From: an uncultured Clostridia bacterium
GTDB lineage: Bacteria > Bacillota > Clostridia > Christensenellales > UBA1242
Direction: 5' to 3'
Assembly: GCA_944381185.1 (NCBI GenBank)
Contig: CALWKE010000002.1
Coordinates: 302,882 to 366,881 of the forward strand
Length of the DNA: 64,000 bases
The notes under the pieces were generated by a model. That model was not told where the DNA came from. It saw only the letters and a program-made list of their open reading frames with translations, and did no database searches. Position numbers and translations under genes: made by a program. Below are positions 1 to 12,000 of this stretch, piece by piece; position 1 is the stretch's first letter, and every line of letters begins with the position of its first letter.

Positions 1-3000
1 GAATGGATTATTAAAGATATCAGCATTGCCATATGAAACAAATTCAAGATAATACATTGTCATATCAATGCCATCTTTGTTTACGCCATCATAATAGCCA
101 GTAACAAAATAACTTGCATCAAGCACATCTTGGTCAATTGTAAAGATAATATTATCTTTTGTTATGTCTTGAACAGCACCTGCAGTTGAAAGGAATGAAA
201 CTTGCTCTGCTTCTAGTCTAAACACAACATGCGACTTAAAGAATGACTCGATTGTCATTTCATGGTAAATACCTGCAATAGTTATTGTTATAACACCAGT
301 TTTAACATCATAAACATATGAAATATATGCATCATTATGAGTCAAATAATAATCATCAGTTGATTGCTCATCAATGAAAGTGTAATTATAGGTGTATTTG
401 CCATTTTTAACATAATCTGTCACAATTTCATCAAGTGAAATTCTATAAGTTTCACCTTGATAAGAAATTAAAATATAGTCAACAACATAGCCATCATCAG
501 GTGTTATGGTAAACACATTTGTTGCAGTTGGCAAAATATTATTGATTGTTGATGTGATTGCACCAAAGTTATTGCCAGCTGTGTAAACATCAGAATCATC
601 AGTAAGTTCAGCACTTGTTACTATTGAATTTCTTATATCTGTAAAATTAGCAACAACTTGTTTTGATTCATTTTCTGCAGTTGCATCACTAAACAAGATA
701 TAACAATATTTAACTTCGGTATGAAGCCCACCATTTGAGCAAAGATAAAGCACGAAATCGCCCATCTTAAATGCATTGTTAACATCATATGTCACACCAT
801 CAACAACAAATGTGTTATATGCTCTTTGAGAGTAATAACTTTCAGCATTTGTTGAAGTTATCTTTGCCATATCATATCTATCAGTAACATCATTATATCC
901 AATATTAAAGTTATAGGTATTATTACCTATTTTTAATGATGAAAGATAAGATGAAATTTCAATTATTCCATTATCAGTTGAAAGTGGGTCAAATTTTGGA
1001 TAGAACACAACAATGTTTGTGTTTCCATAATAAGATTTTGATGTTTGATTCTTTGCTGTAACATTAAAGTTTGCATTAGAACTTGTTGCACCTTCACCTG
1101 CAACAGGCACATAACTAAACCCTTGAGGGTTTCTGTTAGAACTTCCATTTTGACTGAAGTTTAAGAAAGTATATGTTGTTGTTGCAAAAGTAAATCTTAA
1201 TGTGCTTATTTCATCAGCATAAGCCGTTGCGTCATCTACATATTCTTCTGTGTCATCAGCAAAGCAATTTGTGATTGTTATAACATAAGTAATCGTTCCA
1301 TCAGCATTTTTTATGTTATAAATGCTGTGTTGATTTGAAACAATAACATCTCCACCATAAAGTGTTCGCTCTGTGTTAAAGATTGAAGCACCAACAGCAT
1401 TAACAAGTTCATAACTTGACAAATAATATCCTAGTTTGGTTGTTATTTCAATAACCAAAGTTTTATTTTGAACAGAATGAATTTCATTCTTACCTTTAAC
1501 TTCAGTGTTTGGAATGTAAATATCAGTGTTATAAACTGAATTTGTTATAATATCAACACGACTCACAATATCGCCAATTGAACTAACACCATTATAGTTC
1601 AAATTACCAATGTATCCAGTTAATGAATCGTTAAGATAATCAAACTTACCATTAGAAGATTCTGTTATTGTTGTTGCTTTATCACTTGCAATAACATCAA
1701 CATTATACTTGTTTATAGTCTTTCTATAAACAGCATAAATATAAAGATTTCCATCAATTTGACTATCTGCATATGGCTGATAATTTGTTGAACCGCCAAC
1801 AAATTTACCAAATTCATACCCTTCTTCATAGATGTCAATAAATACTTTTTGGTCACCATTTAAGTAGTAATAACCAGTAATGTCACTATTTTCATCATAA
1901 TCGGCATAAATTTGAGAATTAAATGGAGTTGTTGAAACATACCAACCAGCAAGTGAATAGTCTGTTGGAAGTGCATCACGATAAAGTTGTGTTAACACAA
2001 TGGTATTATCATATTTAATTTTATTTAGAACATCATCATAGTTCTTATTTAACTCATGATAAAGTGCAGTGTTGTTTGCATTATCGTTTTCTTGTGTTGT
2101 TGCATAATAATAGAAATAGTCATAAATTTCTTTTCTATAATATGCATAGAAGTAATAGTCAGTTTGGTCAAAAATATCCCAATATCTAACAATTTCATTG
2201 CTACCTGTTGTTTTGCTGTAAAGTTCATAAATATAGTTTGTATCAGTTGCAAACTCATGAAGAACATAATCAGTTGGAGCAGTTGAAATAAGTTGCGTTT
2301 CATCAAAACTTGTTAACCCAGTATAGATGTCGTAGTTATCACTGCTATAGAATTTGTTTCCGTTATTATATATTGGAGTATTATAGATTGTTGATGAAGA
2401 TGCAGAATCTCTAGAGAATATCCAATAATAGAAGTCATATCCATAAGGAACATTTTCAGTTCCAGCAACAGCATTCAAATTAAATGTATCATAAGGAAGA
2501 ACAAGAGCTTTATTGAAAGTAACTGTTACAGTGGTGTACTCCTTATAGTTTGTATTAACATTATAGTATTCATCATAAAAACTTGTTGAATCATCAACTC
2601 TGCTTGTTCCATGATAAGCAGAATCATAATCATAATCTGAATAGTAGAAATGAACTTCATAGGTTCTTGGCGTATAGAACGCATAAGCATAAAGATGACG
2701 GTTATCGTCAACATTTGTTTGTGGATTGTCTTCATATCTGAAATAGAATTTATTGTCAGGTGTCCAAAGTTGCAAGTATTGCCCATTGCCAATTTCAGAA
2801 TCTGAAGCATATAAGTGTCTATTAGGATTAAATTCAAAATAATGATTAAGATATTCACTTGTAAGTTCGGTTATAGTTTCTTCTGATAATGGTGAATATG
2901 AAATAAACCACCCATTAAATATATATCCATCAAGTGAAACTGATTTAACTGTGAATAAGTCATTAAAATTAAATCCAGTTATGGTTTCAGTTGAACCATT

Positions 3001-6000
3001 TGTTGAAATATAATAGTCAACATTATTAGCAAATTCTGTTCCATCAGCATACTTATCATCGTTCAAATAAACTGAATTGTTTTCTGTCCAATAATAAGTA
3101 ATATCAAATGAATTTACTTCATAGAACATGTAAAGATATAGGTCATTGCTATAATCTTCAAAATAAGTTCTGTAATAGAAATATTTTTCAATTCCATCAC
3201 CAACAACCTTATCCCTATCAATTATCCAATATTGACTATAATAAGACTCTTCTTCTGGAGTTTCAAGCAAACTTGGGTCATTCAAAATATACTCATTTGT
3301 GATTGAAGTGATTGTTGAATCACTAGAAAGAAGTGTTTTTGATGTAAAGAACCCTCTAAATGTATAGCCTAACAAGTTATCGAATGTAATTTCTTCTCTG
3401 ATAACTTTGTTGTTATCATTGTTATAATACCAAACAACAACCGAGTATGTGTAATCGTCTTTATTATCACGAATTAAAACCACATCGTTATAGGCAACAG
3501 TTATATTAATTTCGTTAAAGTAGTTAGCAACAGAGTTTGCACTGCCAACTTTATTATCTTTTGAATTATAGAAATGTAAATTATATTCATTTGCAGTGTA
3601 GTATGCATAAGCATAAACATCTGTAGTGTATCTAAACAAGAATGATTCACCATTTTGAACCCAATTTTGTTCATAAAGTGACGAATTTGCGTCTTCATCA
3701 GATAAAATTTCACCATAGGTTGTTTTGTTGTTTTGATAAGAATTTAAATATTCAACGGTTTCACCAACCCAATTAAATTTAATAGATTGAAGAGGTGTTG
3801 TTGATATATACCAACCCTGCCATGTATAACCCGCAAAAACTTCCCTGTTATCAGCTGCAAGTGAATATGTGGTGTAAAGTTCATTAAAACTTACCTTTTC
3901 AATTACAGGAAGAGCGATAGATTCATAATGGTCGGTGTTGTTAATATGGTCAAACTTATTAGTATTTGCATTGTAATATGTAATTGTGTATTCATTTGCA
4001 GTGTAATATGCATAAGCGTAAACATCGCTAGTATATCTAAAGTAGAATTCTTCAGCATTTTTAGCCCAATTTTGTGCATACGTTTCATCGCCAAAAGAAA
4101 CATCATTCATCAAATAAACTGCTTGAGTGAAAGAGTTAATTAATGTTTCATTATTATTTGTTGAAGCAAGTGGTGATGTAACTGCATACCAACCATTAAA
4201 AGTGTAACCAACAAGTGAAGAATCTTTAACTTTTAATAATTCGTTAAAATCAATACTTACAACTTGTGTTTGCATGAAATATGCTGTGTAAATGGCATGT
4301 TCATACCTATTTGAACCAACAACTTCAACCAAGTTGTCACTAGGTTCATAATAGTAAACATTATAAGTGTTTGCTTCAAAAAGTGCATAAGCAAATACAT
4401 CATTTGTATATCTCCAAATGAATGTGTTTGATGGTGTCCAAACCTGTTTGTAATTATCATTATTAATAGCCGAATCCGAATTAATTGTTTGATTGTTTGA
4501 TGATGTGTTAATTTGATAACTATTTAAATAGATATCAGTATAAGCTGAAATATTTCCAACTGTTTGAATTTCATCAAAAACATACCAACCAAGGAATGTA
4601 TAGCCAATCAAACTTGTTTCATAGGTTGTATAATTTTCGTTAAATATTGAAGATGAAAATGCTTCATCAACTAAAACTTGAGAATAATTTGCCAAATTAT
4701 TAGCAGTTCCAACAGCATTATCATTTGGAATGTAATAATTAATTGAATATGAATTTGCTTCATAAACAGCATAAACATAGATATCGCTTGTATATCTGAA
4801 ATAGAATGTGCTTCCATTTGTCCAATTTTGTTGATAACTTGAGCCATTAGCCTCATCTGAAGAAATTGTAAAATGGTCGTCTAAATCATAGTTATTTGTC
4901 CAATAACTATTTCTATATTCATTTGTTGGCGAAGTAAATTTAACACTTGATGCAAGTGGAGATGTTGAAACATAGAAGCCAGTAAAGGTGTAACCAACAA
5001 GACCAAATTTATACGAATTAAAGTCAATAAGCATTTCATTAGAAATAGTTACTTTACCATTAAATGTAAATGGAATACCAGCGCTATCTCCCCTTATGCT
5101 ATATTCACCAGCATTGTTTGCACTTCCAACAAGGTTGTTGTCAGCATCATAATAGAACACATTATATTCATTTGGAACATAGAATGCGTAGGCATAAACA
5201 TCAGAAGTGTATCTCCAAGTAAATGTTTCACCTGAAGCCCAATTTTGCAAATAATTTTCACCGAAGCCACTATCTGAATAAATTCCAGCAACAAGTGAAC
5301 CTGTTTGAGAAGTTGTGTTATTAACTTGCAAACTTTCTAAATATGCTGAAGTTATTTCTGAAATTGAACCACTAAATGGAGTTGTTGAAACAAACCAACC
5401 TTTAAAGGTGTAGCCAGAAATTAAATCAGGTTCAACTTCCCAAATTGTATAGTCATTATTAAATACAGCAGTATTTGAATAAATTAAATCAAAATAGTTT
5501 GTATTGTAAATATCATTAACTCTGTTATTTAAAGGCTCATAATAAGACACTGTGTATGAAGTTTGCTCATAAATTGCATACACATAAATATCAGAATCAT
5601 ATCTATATAAAAAGCTTCCATCAACCGTGAAGTATTGTTCAATTTCATTTGAAGCATAAAGCCCGCTTGAAACTGCAATATCATCGTAAGCAAAATTTGT
5701 TATGTTTGTTATATCACTTTCTGTTAATAATTTGTTGGCAGAAAGCATTGAAGTTGTAACATAATAACCAACAATTTGATAGCCTAAAAGTGAAAAACCT
5801 TCGTCATCGTTGTTTCTAATAACATATTGACTATTGAAAATAACATTTTCACTAAAACTATTAAAATATAAATTGGTATTGTTTGTTGTTCCAATTAAGT
5901 TGTTGTTTGCTGTGTAATAGTTAACAGTATATTCATTTGGCTTATAAGATGCATAACAGTATATGTTATATGTATAGTGCCACTTTCCGTTATAGTCTAT

Positions 6001-9000
6001 GTTAGATTCAACATAATTGCCGTTTTCATCTTGTGTGTAAATTACCCATTTATCAAACGAATAACCTTTTGGAATAACTAGGTCAATAACGCTTTCGCCA
6101 AGTTTGTAGTTTGTGAGTTCAAATGTAACAACATCAAAAGAGTTATATCCACTATCAGTTCTATAATCCTCATCATCAGGTGTAACTGCAGCAGAATAGT
6201 TAGGCATAGCATTAACAAATTGATTGAAGAAATCGTTAACATTATCCCTGTCATAGTTAAATTCTTTATCAGTTATTTGATAATAATAAACAAAATAATC
6301 TGTCCAATCATACCAAGCATAAGCATGATAACTGTAATATCCATCATCACCCTTTTCAAGGTCAGGGTCAAACCAATCACATTCTTGGGTAATATTAACA
6401 ACATCACCCGCTCTAACAGAAATATTATCTTCTGTTATATTAAATACTGATGTAAATGAATCAAGACCGCTAGATGAAATATACCAACCTTCAATATGCA
6501 TACCTTCTGTGAAGAAGTTGATTGTTTTATTTTCGTCAGTTGTATCTGGATAAACAATAAACTCATATTTTGAACCAAACAAAATCATTTCAGATACAAC
6601 ATGATATTGATAATTTATATTAGTTAATTTATTGATATTAGCAAAGTTTGGTGCAATATAATAATAAATTTTATAGATTGCAAGTTCATAAATGCCATAG
6701 GCATAATAAACTATATCATTAGATTCTTCTTGATAAACATCAAGGAAAATTTCACTTCCTGCTTCCCAGTTAATGTGGTCAACAGTAAATTTATCGGTGT
6801 TGTCAGGAAGCGTGTTAGAGGTTGAAACATACCAACCAAGAAGAGTTGTTCCATAGAACACATTTTCATCTCTTGCAGTGAAATATTCATTGAATGTAAC
6901 AACTTCGTCAATATAATAACCATAAGTATCAATAATATTCAATGCTTCAGCATAACCAAGAGCATCAGAAACCTGCATACCTAATCGGTTAGCAAGGGTA
7001 ACAACACTTTCATCAGGTGTCAAAATACCATTGTCATTATAACCTGGAACAAAATATCTAACTCTATACTTGCAAGGTTCATAATAAGCAAAGGCATAAA
7101 CATCACCATCAAATGAATAATGTTCAATAGTTCCAATAAGTTTATCAGTTGAAACAAGTTTGCCTGAAATGCTGTCATATGAATTAATGCTTATTGCGTT
7201 TTGTTCTTCGCCGGTGAGTTCATGATTTGAAGAATCGCTTGGCAAATAGAAATACCAACCAGCAAATTCATATCCATGTGGAACTGTTTTTTCTGAACCT
7301 GAACTTACAAGGTTAATAAGGTCGAATGAAGAGTTAAAGTCAACGGTAACCTTTCCCTCATAAACTGTTTCATAAATTTGATATTTGCTTGTATTGTTAA
7401 CATATCCAAGTGAATTTTGGAAAGTTGTGTAATATTGAACTGTGTAAGCATTTGCTTCATAATGAGCATAGAAATAGTAAGTATCATTATCAAAAAGTTC
7501 CCAAATAAATGGCTCTGTGTTAACTTGATGAGAAGTTATTTCACCTGCATAAGTTGCAGTAGAATAATACCAACCTACCTGTGTGTAGCCCGGAATTTCA
7601 AAGGTATTTGAAGTTAAAGTGCTTCCAGTAACAATTGTTTTTGATGTTGCAAAAGCATATTTGTTTGCATAGTTAACTTTATCAATGTCAGAAGAAACCA
7701 TATCTGAATCAGTTTGTGACGAATAATAATTAACTGTGTATGTATTAAGCTCATAAACTGCATACACATACATATCTTGTGGATATTGCCAAACAAATGA
7801 CTGACCAAGGTCATAATTTTTAACAAAAGCAGTTGTTGAAGTGTTAGAATCAGGAGAAACTGTTGTCACATACCAACCAACAAGGCTTGTTCCTGCTGGG
7901 CAAATACTGCTTGAGTCAACATTATCAGGGAATCCCGATGGAATTGTGTAAGTAGAGTCAAATTCAATCAAATCTCTTTGACCCGTTGATGTGTTATAAA
8001 TTCTGTTTCCGTTAACCGTTGGTTTGTTTATGTTGTGATAATCGTAATCGGTGATATATGAGAAATATAAGTAATAACTTATTGGTTGGAAAATTGCAGT
8101 AAATGTAACTGTTCCCTCTTCTGAATTTAAATTATTAAATGTTGTTGCAAAAACACCTTCGGTTGTTGCACCAGTAACAGTTGCACCACCAATAATGTGG
8201 TCGCAATTGGTTGACATTCCTGAAATTGTCCAGCCAGCAAATGTATAACCTATTCTTGATGGGTTAGAAACTGAAAACTCTGTTCCAAAAGTTGCAGTTG
8301 TTGGGTGATTTGTTCCATGAGTTCCACCATTTAACACATATGTAATAGAATAAACTCTTCCAACCCAATTTGCAGTAAATGTAACCGTTCCACTAGTTGA
8401 GTGCAAATTTTTAAATGAAGTTGCAAATGTTTTTGAAACTGAAGTTGCAGTGGTTGTTGATGAACCAATAGTATGAGTAACAGTATCCATACCGGTTATA
8501 TCCCAACCAGTAAAATCATAACCAATTCTTGTAGGATTATTGATTGTTATTGTTTGGTCATAAGCAGCAGAAGTTGGATGGTTTGTTCCATAACTTCCAC
8601 CGTTAAGGTTATAATTAATTGTGTAAACATTAGCAGACCAAGTTGCAGCAAAATTTACCGTTCCTGAAGTCGAACGCAAATTTTTAAAGGTTGTTTCTTT
8701 TATTCCTGAAAGAGATGTAGCAGTGCTTGTGTAACTGCCGTAATAATGGTCAACAGAATCAAGATTTGTGATATTCCAACCAGCAAAAGTGTATCCAACT
8801 CTTGTTGGATTATTAACAGTAAATGTCACTTCAAAAGTAGCAGAAGTTGGATGATTTGTTCCATAACTTCCACCATTAAGTGTGTATGAAATTGAATAAG
8901 TATTCTGTTTCCAAACTGCATAAAGTGTGGCAGTTCCACCATCAATTGATATGAAGTTAGGTTTTGAATATGTTCCACCTGAAGAATAAATTGTTCCCGT

Positions 9001-12000
9001 TCCACTTGAGTTTGTTGCCCAACCAGTAAATGTCCAACCAACCAAACTGAAGCCATTTGTTGAAAGTTTTACGCTTGCATCATAGGTCGCTGAACTATTT
9101 GGTGTTGAACCTGTAACATCATAAGTTGCATTGCTTGGGGTGTTACCTGCATAAACAATTGTGTAAGTATTCTGACGCCAAACTGCATAAAGTGTGTATG
9201 TTCCACCATCTGTTGATGTGAAGTTTGGTTTTGAATATGTTCCACCTGAAGAATAAATTGTTCCCGTTCCACTTGAGTTTGTTGCCCAACCTCTAAATGT
9301 CCAACCAACCAAACTGAAGCCATTTGTTGAAAGTGTAACACTTGCATCATAGGTCGCTGAACTATTTGGTGTTGAACCTGTAACATTTGATGAAGCAGCA
9401 CTTGGTTTGTTGCTATTATAAATAATAGTATAGGTATTTTGACGCCAAACTGCATAAAGATTTATTGATGTACTATTTGAATAAGTGTTTGATGGAAGGA
9501 ATGTGTATGAAGTGCTAGCATTATAGGTAACTGTTGTTGTTCCAGAACTTGTTCCCCAGCCTACAAATGTCCAACCTCTTAATTTAAATCCGCATGAAGA
9601 TGTTTTTGCTGATGCAGATGAAGCATAAATACTTGAAGAAGACGAAACACCTCTATATTGATATCCAAAATGTGTAGGGTCAGTTGAACCTGTAACTGCT
9701 GTCGAAGCCGATGATGGCATGTTTGAATTATATAAAAGTGTTCCTTCTCTTCTAAATTTTGCATACCTTGAAACAGAACCATTATTTGATGATGATAAGT
9801 TTTTAAGTGAATCACCTTGTGAAGCAGTTATTGAACTATTTGTGCTTGAAGAAGACGAATACCAACCATAAAATTCCCAACCATAATAATTGGTTGCAGG
9901 TGTAACTCTACTTCCCGAACAAAGCGAACTATAGGTTGGATAGGTATATGAAACATCATAAGTATATTGCCTTGTTACAGATGTAACACTTGTTCCACTG
10001 CCATAGGCAAAATAAAATGTTACGCTATATTTATTTGCTGCCCAAACAGCATAAAGCGTGTAACTTCCACCATTTGTTGATGTGAAGTTTGGTTTTGTTA
10101 AGGTTTGACCTGAAGAATAAACTGCACTGCCAGTAGATGATCTTGCCCAACCTTGAAATCTCCAACCTGTTAAGCTGAAACCATTTGAACGAAGTGTTAC
10201 ATTAGAATCGTAGTAAGCAGTTGTGCTTGAAGTTGATCCCGTAACACTATTTGAAGCCGAACTTGGCTTGTTGCTATTATAATAAATCGTGTATGAATTT
10301 TGGTCCCAAACAGCATAAAGACTAATAGAATTGCTAGTGTTATATGACCACGAAAAAGTTGCATTTTCAGAATATGTTGCAGTTGTTGTTCCCGAACTTG
10401 TTCCCCAACCTTCAAAATGCCAGCCTGTTAACTTAAAACCACAATCTCTAAGAGTAACTGAAGCTGATGAAGTGTTAGTAGTTGATGAAGAACAACCACG
10501 ATATTGTGCCCCCGGTCCCGAAGTTGAGGTTGAACCCGTAACACTATTTGAAGCCGAATTTGGCTTATTCCCATAATAATAAATAACCGGTGATCTGCTA
10601 AAAACAGCATAACGATTAACAGTTCCACCATTAGTTGAAGTTAAATTGCTAAAAGACCCACCTTGTTTATATGAAGGGTTATGTCCGCCTGATGTGTCAC
10701 TCCACCCAACAAATCCCCAACCATAATAATTGGTTGCAGGTGTAACACCTTTATTAGAACATACTGTGCTATAATATTGATAAGAATATGATTTTCCATA
10801 TGTACATGATTGGCTATAAGAGGTCACACTAGTTCCACTGCCATAAAGAAAATAATATTTAACAGTGTATGTATTTGCAGTCCATTGTGCATAACATGCT
10901 CTTGGAGAAGTAACACTACCAGTTGTGTTGCTCCAACCTGTAAAATGATACCCCGTTCTTGAAGCAGCACCCATGCCAGAGGTTGAAACTGAACCACCAT
11001 ATGAAACATTTTTTGTGTATGTTGAATATTGAGTTCCATTATAAGTTACATTGCCATAATCATTTTTAAAAACAACAGAATATTGAAATTTAGAATATCC
11101 CGATGTTTCGTACCTATCTGATTGAAAATTTAAAGAGCCAACATATTTTGCATTATTTTGAGATACTTTATAGGTTACAGAATAATAATAAGTTCCATCT
11201 ATAACACTTGAACTGCCAGAACCTTGACTGTTCACCTTAAATGTATAATCAGAAGGCGAACAAGATCCAATTGTAACTTTTCCGTTTGTAGCGGCAGACG
11301 ATCTAATTACTATATTATAATTATTGTAAAAGTTAACACCTATTGTTGCACTAGTAAGATAATAACCATTAACCATTGATACAGTAATATACCAATTATG
11401 ACCACCCGGATCAAAAATTGATGCATTTTTATTATCATAAGCATATAAATTTCCAATGTGTGTTCCACCTGTTGTGTATAAAGTTGCATTGTCACTTACA
11501 TAAGATGTTATTATATCGGTATTGTTTTTATTTAAAACACTATAAGTTTCAATGATGCTGGCATCATTTTCAAAAACAAAATTACCACTTATTCCATCAA
11601 TTCGAAGAACATAATCAGCCTTGTTGCTTCCCGATTTATAAAATTCAATAATAATTTCATCTTTTGTTTCAGAAGCAAATTCCCACCTTTCAAATTCAGG
11701 CAAAATTTTAGTTCCGTCTAAAAGCACAAGTGAATATGTGTTTTCGTCAACCAAACCAACAACCATACCCAAACCATAATTCATAAGTTGAGTAAAATTA
11801 TTGTCATATTGATAACCTTGAACACCAATAACCTTTTTTTCGCTAGCAATAATTGTGTAATATCTATCATTGGTTGTGCCTATTGCATAACCATTTTTGA
11901 TAGGTGTGATTTCATTAAATATATAATCACTGGTTTCATCAAAAATCTTATTTCCTTTTGCATCAAAAATGCCAACAATGCCAAATTCATTGTTGTGATA

